A DNA stretch of 64,000 bases from an uncultured Bacteroidaceae bacterium (GCA_963777115.1 CAVZPP010000002.1:456349-520348); one strand, 5' to 3'. Counted from the first letter of the stretch, positions 18,433-26,471 are shown. Notes: generated by a model from the letters alone, not told the origin. Program-made: numbers and translations.

Positions 18433-18858
18433 TTAAGCTAATGTTTCAATATTTTCCTTGATCTTACTCGGACCAAGTGCGATCACCGTCTCCGTCATTT
18501 CATCAGCCAGGTCAGCAAATTGCTTTCCTTCGCTGGCGCTTATCCATGCAAGCTTGAGCCGGTCCTTTTCAAATCCCATCTGCTGAAGGTATTTCTGCAG
18601 CAGGTGGTAACGTCTTAGACATTTATAATTTCCTTCATGGTAATGGCAATCCCCCGGATGACATCCACAGATCAATACCCCGTCTGCACCTTCTTCAAAG
18701 GCAGAAAGAACGAAAGTAGGATCTACCCTGCCGGAGCACATAACACGGATAACACGCACATTGGGCGCATACTTCATCCGGGATGTGCCTGCCAGGTCTG
18801 CTCCGGTATAGGAACACCAGTTACACAGGAAGGAAACGATTGTTGGTTTAAATTCCAT
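18433..18858 (-). CDS. mvhD: MvhD-type hydrogenase iron-sulfur (delta) subunit
   Basis: 141 aa. FLCNWCSYTGADLAG...MCSGRVD...ICGCHPGDCHY, the hallmark of MvhD/FlpD. Confidence 0.9.
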   Translation of the reverse strand: MEFKPTIVSFLCNWCSYTGADLAGTSRMKYAPNVRVIRVMCSGRVDPTFVLSAFEEGADGVLICGCHPGDCHYHEGNYKCLRRYHLLQKYLQQMGFEKDRLKLAWISASEGKQFADLADEMTETVIALGPSKIKENIETLA

Positions 18859-18886
18859 GATATTGATAGTTTTTAGATTCTCAGAA

Positions 18887-20617
18887 TTAAACTTCAGTCA
18901 TTTCAGTTGACATAATTCCCTTGATCTGGGAAAGGATCTGCTGATCTGTAAAATGCCTCGCCCGGATAGCACCGGTTGGGCAGGCAGAACCACATGTCCC
19001 GCAACCCTTGCAAAGTATCTCATTCACAATAGAAACAGATTTTTCCTCATCAAAGCTGATGGCTGTGTATGGACATACATTAACACAGGTCTGGCAACCG
19101 CAGCAGATATCTTCATTTACAACTGCTGTGGTAAGCTCGACTTCAACTGTACCCTGGGTAATAGTGGCCAGGATACGGGCTGAAGCTGCTCTTGCCTGGG
19201 CAACTGAATCCGTAATGTCCTTGGGGCCCTGGCAACTTCCTATGATGTAAACACCATCTGTTGTGGTAGCTACCGGGTCAAGTTTGGGATGCCTCTCTAT
19301 GAAGAAATCATTACCGCATTTGCTTACCCCAACATTATGAGCTACCTCCCTGGCATCGTCGCGGGCTTCCATTCCCACGAGAAGGACCACCATATCTGCC
19401 GGAACTTCTATATTGGTATTAGAGAGCCGTTCTTTCATTTCGATCAGCATATCACAGCACTCACCCGGATTACCCTTGGTGATCTGGGGAATGCCTTCCC
19501 TCTGGTCGAAATTAAGGAACATAATCCCGCGCTTAGCGGTCTCAGCATACAACTCCTCACATCCCTTTCCAAAGCTTCTCATATCCGCATAGATCTCATA
19601 GATATGGGTCTCAGGAAGGGCTGTCCGTATCTGGTTTGCAAATTTTAAACCAAGCATACAGCAGGTACGTGAGCAATATTCATGATAATCAGCATTCCTG
19701 CTTCCGACGCAATGGATAATGGCAATATTCCTTGGCTCCTTGCCATCCTTTGTCTCAATTTTGCCGGATTGCAACATCTTTTCAAATTCGACAGAGGTGA
19801 CGACGTTGGGAAGTTTTCCATAACCGTGCAGGTCAACCGAGCTGGGATCGAAAGGTTTCAGTCCGGTTGCAACAATAATGTTTCCGAACTCGATTTCCTT
19901 GCTTTTCCCGTTGGCCTTTATATCCGCTTTGAAGTTCCCTATGTAGCCGAAGATCTCCTCGATTTCGGCCTTCTTGAGAACTTCGATATTCGGATGATTT
20001 TCAGCTCTCTTGATTTTTGGTCCGATGACCTGCCTGGCGGGTATCATATACGGGAAGGTCAGGTCCACATTTGCCGTATGTCCACCCAGTTCTGCCTCTT
20101 TCTCGAGAAGAAAAACTTTTTTGTTGGAGTCTGCGATTTCCAGGGCTGCTGTGAGCCCGCTTATACCTCCACCGATAATTAATGTGGCAGGATTGATTTC
20201 AACGGTCCTTTTATCAAGTGCTTCGTGGTATGCAACCCGGGCAACTGCACCTGTAACTAGGGCTTTTGCCTTTTTGGTTGCTTCTTCCCGGTCCTCATGA
20301 ACCCAGGAAACCTGTTCCCGGATATTGGCCATCTCAAACATATAGGGATTCAGTCCCGCGTTCGTCAGAGCCTTCCTGAAGGTCAGTTCATGTATCCGTG
20401 GTGAACAAGCTGATACCACCACCCGGTTCAGGTTATGTTCCTTGATATCCTTTATGATCAATTCCTGACCAGGATCCGAACACATGTATTTATAGTTTTT
20501 GGAAACTACTACATTTGGCAGTTTTCCAACCTCTTCAGCCACACCTTCAACATCCACCATTTTGGAGATGTTGGTGCCGCACCAGCATACATATACGCCT
20601 ATTCTTTTTTCTTCCAT
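18887..20617 (-). CDS. HdrA-like FAD/FeS flavoprotein, paralogue 2
   Basis: 576 aa. N-terminal Cys domain (VCWCGTNI...MCSDPG...SACSPR), GGGISG dinucleotide motif, HCVGSRN...CSRTCC, and C-terminal 2x CxxCxxCxxxCP (CCGCQTCVNVCP, CKGCGTCGSACP). There is no inserted ferredoxin domain and no DCxxC motif. Confidence 0.85.
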   Translation of the reverse strand: MEEKRIGVYVCWCGTNISKMVDVEGVAEEVGKLPNVVVSKNYKYMCSDPGQELIIKDIKEHNLNRVVVSACSPRIHELTFRKALTNAGLNPYMFEMANIREQVSWVHEDREEATKKAKALVTGAVARVAYHEALDKRTVEINPATLIIGGGISGLTAALEIADSNKKVFLLEKEAELGGHTANVDLTFPYMIPARQVIGPKIKRAENHPNIEVLKKAEIEEIFGYIGNFKADIKANGKSKEIEFGNIIVATGLKPFDPSSVDLHGYGKLPNVVTSVEFEKMLQSGKIETKDGKEPRNIAIIHCVGSRNADYHEYCSRTCCMLGLKFANQIRTALPETHIYEIYADMRSFGKGCEELYAETAKRGIMFLNFDQREGIPQITKGNPGECCDMLIEMKERLSNTNIEVPADMVVLLVGMEARDDAREVAHNVGVSKCGNDFFIERHPKLDPVATTTDGVYIIGSCQGPKDITDSVAQARAASARILATITQGTVEVELTTAVVNEDICCGCQTCVNVCPYTAISFDEEKSVSIVNEILCKGCGTCGSACPTGAIRARHFTDQQILSQIKGIMSTEMTEV

Positions 20618-20629
20618 GGTGATCGTATT

Positions 20630-21778
20630 TTAAGTAGCCGGAGCTAACTGGGTTTTATACTGCTTAGCCAATGCTGCCTTTTTCAGGTTCGCAAAATAAA
20701 GTCCCAGGGGCCTGTATGCCAGGTGAGACCATTTTGAAAATGCAACAAACGTAGTAACCATCGGAACCTCGACGGCAAGGTGCAGCATGTATGAAACATA
20801 CGTAGCCTGAGCCATGCCGGCCAGCCTGAAAATATGGATCAGGATACCGGTAAACGCGATAAGGAAAAGCAGGATAGGGAAGATGTAATCAGAATGATGT
20901 GAGAATTTGAAAATCGTCTTCTTCTGCTTTAACCTGTTCCATAAAAAATATACACAGCTTATACAGATCCCGGCTGTAATGTAGTATCCGAGCAAACGCT
21001 GCGGATGCCACCAGGGATGTACGATATCCGTCTGGAACCATTCCAGGAAGAATATTATGAAAACAAACATCAATAAATAAGAACTCATCAGGAACCAGTG
21101 CAGGAACCAGTACATCCTCTTTTCCTCGCATTTTGCAAAACGTGCCTGGGTGCCAAAATGGAAAATGGCCTCCCAGACCTTTACAAAGTAGAGGTAAACA
21201 GGTACCCTAACACTTTTATCCTTAATGATAACCTTGATGAACATATTCAGCATATTGGTAACCAGGAAGAACATCAATGTCAGCAGAAGAACATGGTCAA
21301 TCGAAGCAATCAGGTGGGCCGGTGCAAATGCATTGATCTCCACAATACCTTCCGGGGTTGCAGGGATACTGAAATCGGCAAAAGCGAAAAATGCGGCACA
21401 AACTCCGATGAAGAGTGCAATCATGACAGCAAGATGGGCCTTAAATGACCTGTAAAGCAGTCCGGAAATCCCCGTCCAGTCATAAGCTGCGGTCAGCCAT
21501 CTGCGAAGCGTCATCATCATTTCGGCAGGGTTAGCATCCCTGGGACAGGTATCGGTACATTCACCGCAATAGTAGCAAAGCCAGGGATCAACATATCCTT
21601 TAAGCTGTTCTTTCAGTCCCATTTGCATTGCGCGGATCCCCTTCCGGGGGAAGAGGAACCCGTTTTCTGTCAGAGGACAAATGGCAGAGCAGTTGCCGCA
21701 ATGGTAACATTCGTTCCATTCGGCCTTGCCATAAGCTGACAGTTTTTTACTGAAGTTAGGATCAATTCTTACACTCAT
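20630..21778 (-). CDS. QmoC-like membrane subunit: HdrC-type 2x[4Fe-4S] domain fused to a polytopic, His-rich (HdrE/NarI-like?) membrane domain
   Basis: 382 aa. CYHCGNCSAICP and CYYCGECTDTCP occur in the first 80 aa, followed by about six hydrophobic helices carrying several His (IDHVLLL, FHFG, LHWFLM, LIHIFRL, MLHLAVE, WSHLAY). Start overlaps the hdrA-like 1 stop by 4 nt. Confidence 0.7.
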   Translation of the reverse strand: MSVRIDPNFSKKLSAYGKAEWNECYHCGNCSAICPLTENGFLFPRKGIRAMQMGLKEQLKGYVDPWLCYYCGECTDTCPRDANPAEMMMTLRRWLTAAYDWTGISGLLYRSFKAHLAVMIALFIGVCAAFFAFADFSIPATPEGIVEINAFAPAHLIASIDHVLLLTLMFFLVTNMLNMFIKVIIKDKSVRVPVYLYFVKVWEAIFHFGTQARFAKCEEKRMYWFLHWFLMSSYLLMFVFIIFFLEWFQTDIVHPWWHPQRLLGYYITAGICISCVYFLWNRLKQKKTIFKFSHHSDYIFPILLFLIAFTGILIHIFRLAGMAQATYVSYMLHLAVEVPMVTTFVAFSKWSHLAYRPLGLYFANLKKAALAKQYKTQLAPAT

Positions 21779-23595
21779 GATTCAACCTCCATCTTTAAGG
21801 GTGAAATCTGTCGGGCATTCTCAATAATTTTCTCGGGTGGAATATCCTTGATTCCCAGTCTTATTTTGCCTCTGAGAATGGTCTGAAGCACACGGGAAGC
21901 GGCCGCAGATGCCTGGGCAACGGTATCAGGGATATCCTTGGGACCCTGGCATGTGCCGGCGATGCTTATACCACCGGTAAATGTAGAGGTGGGTTCTGTC
22001 AGGTAATTGTTTTCAACAAACCATCCCTCTTCACCCTGTTGTATGCCCATCTTGCCGGCTACATCTGCAGCATCGGCCCGGGCTTCAAGTCCAACAGCAA
22101 GAACCACCATATCCACCTTAGTCTCGAGAATTCTCTCTTCATAGATTTCCTCACTGCGTACCATTAACTGGCCGTCCTTTTCTTCAACCTTTGCAGTCCG
22201 GCCCCGTATCATATGCACTCCTTCATCCTTGATACGTTCTGAGAATTCCTCGTATCCCTTACCGAATGCCCTCATGTCAATATAGAATTCGTAGACTTCG
22301 GCCTTGGGGATTTTCTCCTTGACCAGGTGGGCAAGTTTCAGGGAATACATGCAGCATACCCTGGAGCAATGCTTATTATAATTCTGGTCCCGGCTTCCGA
22401 TGCAGTGGATCAATGCCACGCTCTTTGGTTCAGCTCCCTCTGCAGTGAAGACCCAGTTGTCCTTTTTGTCTTTGGTCCTCGAGGTGATGAATCCTCCAGT
22501 GGGACCGGCTGCATTAACCAGCCTTTCAAACTCAAGGGAGGTCACTACATTGGGGTATTTGCCATAGCCATACTGCTCAGCCCGTTTGGGATCGAAGGTC
22601 TGGAAGCCAGTGGCCACAATTATGTTCCCAACGTTTATATCGACCATCTCATCCTTCTCGTCCAGGTTGATACAGTTTTCGACAGGACAGAACTTGACAC
22701 ATACACCGCATTTCCCTTTCAGGACGTAGGTGCAGCTGTCCGCATCAATCAGGTATTTATTGGGCACTGCCTGTGGGAAGGGGATGTAAATGGACTTGCG
22801 CAAGGTTGTTCCATTATCGAACTCACTAGAGGCTTTAGCCGGACACTTTTCAGTGCAAATGCCGCATCCGATGCAGGTTGCCAGATCCACCCTGCGGGCT
22901 TTCTTCAGGACTTTTACCTTGTAGTTACCCGGACTGCCATCTACGTTCTCCACCTCGCAGTAGGTCATTAGTTCGATATTCGGGTGCTGCCCGACTTCGA
23001 CCATCTTGGGAGTTAAAATACAGGCGGCACAATCCAGGGTTGGAAAGGTTTTGTCGAACATAGCCATATGTCCTCCAATGGTCCCGGTTCTTTCCAATAG
23101 GTAGACCTTTTGTCCGGCATTGGCAATCTCGAGGGCTGCCTGAATGCCGGCAATACCACCTCCTACAACGAGGGTGTCAGGATTGACATCCACCTCATCA
23201 GGGATGGCTGCAAATTCGAAGGGAACATCCAATACTGCGCAGGCAAGTATAGCCTTTGCTAAATCAGTATCCTTCTGCCGGGTAGCATCATACTCAGTGA
23301 AACTCACGTTGGTGATTTGGGTGGGGTCCATTCCCGCATGAGCCAGGGCCTTTGAGAACATGGGCTGTATAAAGCCCGGTTTCTCTCCGGCCAGGACAAT
23401 TCGGTTAATCCCCTGGGCGCTAATCACACTGGCCAGATTCTGGTGGTTTAGGAGGTCTAGGTCCCCGGTCTTCCAGATATGGGCCACTTCTTCCATACCC
23501 TCAGCAAAAGCATACAGTTCGTTCAGTTGGATTGAACCCGGATGTCCATTCAGATGTTTACAGAAATAGACACCCGTTTTAACTGAGTTGCTCAT
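21775..23595 (-). CDS. HdrA-like FAD/FeS flavoprotein, paralogue 1
   Basis: 606 aa. GGGIAG dinucleotide motif, DCAACILTPK, an inserted ferredoxin domain (CIGCGICTEKCP...CGVCVKFCP) and HCIGSRD...CSRVCC. The N-terminal roughly 140-aa domain lacks the usual Cys ligands (FCKHLNG, LAGEKPG). There is no C-terminal ferredoxin domain. Confidence 0.85.
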   Translation of the reverse strand: MSNSVKTGVYFCKHLNGHPGSIQLNELYAFAEGMEEVAHIWKTGDLDLLNHQNLASVISAQGINRIVLAGEKPGFIQPMFSKALAHAGMDPTQITNVSFTEYDATRQKDTDLAKAILACAVLDVPFEFAAIPDEVDVNPDTLVVGGGIAGIQAALEIANAGQKVYLLERTGTIGGHMAMFDKTFPTLDCAACILTPKMVEVGQHPNIELMTYCEVENVDGSPGNYKVKVLKKARRVDLATCIGCGICTEKCPAKASSEFDNGTTLRKSIYIPFPQAVPNKYLIDADSCTYVLKGKCGVCVKFCPVENCINLDEKDEMVDINVGNIIVATGFQTFDPKRAEQYGYGKYPNVVTSLEFERLVNAAGPTGGFITSRTKDKKDNWVFTAEGAEPKSVALIHCIGSRDQNYNKHCSRVCCMYSLKLAHLVKEKIPKAEVYEFYIDMRAFGKGYEEFSERIKDEGVHMIRGRTAKVEEKDGQLMVRSEEIYEERILETKVDMVVLAVGLEARADAADVAGKMGIQQGEEGWFVENNYLTEPTSTFTGGISIAGTCQGPKDIPDTVAQASAAASRVLQTILRGKIRLGIKDIPPEKIIENARQISPLKMEVES

Positions 23596-23660
23596 GTTGA
23601 TACAGGTTTTTGTGAAGTTGAAAGTTTGATGTGAAATGTTAAAGAACGAATGAAATAATT

Positions 23661-23678
23661 ATGTTACGTATTTCACAA
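23661..23678. promoter_or_regulatory. possible degenerate Rex-type site in the divergent hdrA/rex2 intergenic region
   Basis: ATGTTACGTATTTCACAA. The right half is a perfect TTCACAA; the left half matches 4 of 7. Additional TGTGAA half-sites lie at 23611-23616 and 23630-23635. Confidence 0.25.
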
Positions 23679-23771
23679 TAAAGATAATTTTTTTACTTTT
23701 ATATGCAAATGAAATCGATGTGATGTAGGACACATGATATTATATGGATTTAGACTAAATTAAGTAAATTA

Positions 23772-24434
23772 TTGTATGCATTTCAGGATCTGGCGAGGAT
23801 GGTAATTAATAAAAACATAACTCGTCTATTGCGCTACCGCAATAGTCTTCGACGAATGCAGGAGCTTGGTTTCGAAACTGTATATTCCTATAATCTTGGA
23901 CGTGAAACAGGCGTATCCCCCGAGCAGGTCAGAAAGGATTTCAGCCAGTTTGGCATCAAGGGAAACAAGAAAGGCGGATACAATATTAATGAACTTTTAG
24001 CTACAATAAGAGAGATATTCCGCAAGGATGAATTGCAAAGAGTTATCGTGGTTGGGATTGGGAATCTCGGCATGGCTGTATTGCATTACAGGGGATTTGA
24101 GAAGAATATGATTCAGATAGTCGCAGCTTTTGATATCGATCCCAACAAATACAAAAAAAAGCTCTCGATACCCCTCTATTCGCTTGATAAATTACAGAAA
24201 GTAGTCAGTGACCTGGATGTTAAAACGGCAATCCTTACAGTGCCTGAAAGGGTAGCCCAGGATGTTGCAAACCTGCTGGTTGAAGCGGGTATCAAAGGGA
24301 TACTTAGTTTTGCCCCAACCGTGCTTAAAGTACCTCCCCATATTACCATAAATAATGTCTGTATAGGGCATGAGCTCGAATCTCTGATCTATCACAGCCT
24401 TCATCTGGATAATGATAAGCCATGTAAAGATTAA
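23772..24434 (+). CDS. rex: redox-sensing transcriptional repressor Rex (copy 2)
   Basis: 220 aa from a TTG at 23772. An ATG at 23799 (MVINKNITRLLRYRNSL...) is the more likely start. Winged helix (VSPEQVRKDFSQFG...GYNINELL) plus Rossmann fold (RVIVVGIGNLGMAV). Confidence 0.85.
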   Translation: MYAFQDLARMVINKNITRLLRYRNSLRRMQELGFETVYSYNLGRETGVSPEQVRKDFSQFGIKGNKKGGYNINELLATIREIFRKDELQRVIVVGIGNLGMAVLHYRGFEKNMIQIVAAFDIDPNKYKKKLSIPLYSLDKLQKVVSDLDVKTAILTVPERVAQDVANLLVEAGIKGILSFAPTVLKVPPHITINNVCIGHELESLIYHSLHLDNDKPCKD

Positions 24435-24447
24435 AAGACAGGTAAGA

Positions 24448-25773
24448 TCAGGTTTTGTTTCTTTTTTTCAATACATAATAGACAGGAATCCCAATCAGGA
24501 TCACCCCGATGGCGATAGACGATTCAATTGGCCGCTCCAGGAATGCCAGGACCAGGATCACTGATGAGAGAATGATAAACAGTGCCGGGAGAATTGGATA
24601 TCCCGGCATCCTCATTATAGATTGTTGTTTTATCCTGAGTTTGAATATGCCAAGAACAGCCAAAATGGGAAAAATACCCAGGGAAAAGCTCAGTAATGTT
24701 ATTATCTGATCAAACGTTCCTGATACAATGAATACAATAGCCAGTCCGCTTTGCATGATAATGGAAACACCCGGAACATTTGATTTGTTGATCCTTTTGG
24801 CCAGGTTGAAAAAATGACCGGATTGAGCCATGGCATAATATACCCTTGGACCAATCATGATCAATACGCTTATGGCAGAAAGCAGGATAATGGCAATAAA
24901 AAGTGAGAAGAACTGATCAAGGGATTGGTTAAAAAGATTTTTAGCTGTAAGTCCCCCAATAGAGATCACTCCCTTCATCTCCCAGGCAGGGACAGCATAA
25001 ACATAGAGGGTATTTAGCAGGAGGTAGATCACTGTGACAAACAGGGTTCCTGTAATCAGCGACCGGGGTATGTTTTTTACTGGATTTAATACCTCTGATC
25101 CTACATATGTCGAAGCATTCCATCCGCTGTATGCGAACATGATCCACATCAGTGAAAGTCCAATGGTTTTAAGATTTGCACCTGTGAAGGATTCTGTCTG
25201 CTGAACTTTGAAATGCTCAAAGCTTCCTTCCCCGAAAATGAATCCGGTGATGACCAGGATACCTATTAATCCGATCTTCAATACGGTAAGTATGTTCTGA
25301 ATTTTTGAACCCGAATTTAAACCAAAGTAATGGATAAGGGTAAAGACCATGATAATGCCAATCGCAATACCTTTTTTGGTCAGTTCAAGGTTTTCGGGTA
25401 GTGCATCCTCAGGAAGGGTCCTCACCAAATATTCACTGAACGCGAGAGAAGAGGCTGCCACAGGTGCTGAAAAGCCTACAAAAAAAGAAACCCAGCCGCT
25501 GAGGAAACCGGTCAGGGGGGAGAATAATTCTGAGAGAAATGCGTAATCTCCCCCGGCTTTGGGGAAGTTGGCTCCAAGCTCACTGTAGCTAAGTGCCCCG
25601 CATATGGCGATACTTCCACCCACGATCCATAAGAGGAGAAGAAGCAGAGGATCATGTAACTGAGCAAGTAATAGGCCTGAGGTAGTAAAAATCCCCGCGC
25701 CTATCATATCCCCGATTACAATATTTGTCAGTGAGAAAAAACCAAGTTTTCTCGGCAGACGGTCCTCCGCCAT
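24448..25773 (-). CDS. APC-superfamily amino acid permease
   Basis: 441 aa, about 12 TM helices. N-terminal GDMIGAGIFTTSG motif typical of APC amino acid/polyamine transporters. Confidence 0.8.
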   Translation of the reverse strand: MAEDRLPRKLGFFSLTNIVIGDMIGAGIFTTSGLLLAQLHDPLLLLLLWIVGGSIAICGALSYSELGANFPKAGGDYAFLSELFSPLTGFLSGWVSFFVGFSAPVAASSLAFSEYLVRTLPEDALPENLELTKKGIAIGIIMVFTLIHYFGLNSGSKIQNILTVLKIGLIGILVITGFIFGEGSFEHFKVQQTESFTGANLKTIGLSLMWIMFAYSGWNASTYVGSEVLNPVKNIPRSLITGTLFVTVIYLLLNTLYVYAVPAWEMKGVISIGGLTAKNLFNQSLDQFFSLFIAIILLSAISVLIMIGPRVYYAMAQSGHFFNLAKRINKSNVPGVSIIMQSGLAIVFIVSGTFDQIITLLSFSLGIFPILAVLGIFKLRIKQQSIMRMPGYPILPALFIILSSVILVLAFLERPIESSIAIGVILIGIPVYYVLKKRNKT

Positions 25774-25805
25774 AATTATTCAGGTATTATTTTGCGATTC
25801 AGGTG

Positions 25806-26471
25806 TTATTCAGCCCTTTTGTAGCTGATTAAAACACCACCCCCGGCAGAATTTAACGTGGTTTCATAATTTTCCAGGCTTCTTACATAGTCCAGGTATT
25901 CCTGGTTTCTGCCTCTTCTACCATTGCTGCCATCTACAATATTATGAGTCGTATAACAGCCACCGATTTCCAGCTTGGGATGAACATCCATGAAGTAATT
26001 CTTATACCAGCCTTTATCTGCATCGCTGAAGACAAAATCAAAAGGACCTTCCAGCTCCTTTACCAGTACATGTGCATCAGCAAGTCGGGCATCAACATAT
26101 TCGGACAGGCCGGCCTTCTTAAAGTTTTCCAGGGCCTTTTTGTGCCGGATTTCATCAATGTCGATAGTGATCAGTTTGCCACCTGTTTTGCTAAGTGCCC
26201 AGGCGATATAGACACCCGAGTGTCCTGTTGAGGTTCCAATTTCCAGGGCACTTTTGTAATTGCCTTTTATAACCAGATCATACAACAATTCCCCATCCTG
26301 CTCAGGCACATTAAGGTCCTGCCATTGTCCTGATTGTTCGGCAAGGAATTGTTCAACTTTCTTATCAAGTTTTGGATTTTCTTTAGGAGATTGTGCGCAT
26401 ATTTCTCCCTGATAAACAGCTGCCAGGAAAAACAGAAAAGCTGTAAGACCAATTTTCCTCATTCTGTACAT
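25806..26471 (-). CDS. class I SAM-dependent O-methyltransferase (caffeoyl-CoA OMT-like) with an N-terminal signal/anchor sequence
   Basis: 221 aa. LEIGTSTGHSG (SAM motif I), ITIDID, FDFVFSDADK. N-terminal hydrophobic leader LTAFLFFLAAVYQGEICAQ. Confidence 0.7.
   Translation of the reverse strand: MYRMRKIGLTAFLFFLAAVYQGEICAQSPKENPKLDKKVEQFLAEQSGQWQDLNVPEQDGELLYDLVIKGNYKSALEIGTSTGHSGVYIAWALSKTGGKLITIDIDEIRHKKALENFKKAGLSEYVDARLADAHVLVKELEGPFDFVFSDADKGWYKNYFMDVHPKLEIGGCYTTHNIVDGSNGRRGRNQEYLDYVRSLENYETTLNSAGGGVLISYKRAE

Noticed and set aside
22327-22971. 214-aa plus-strand ORF inside hdrA-like 1
   Set aside because: It is an antisense shadow of a well-supported HdrA-like CDS, with no motifs of its own.
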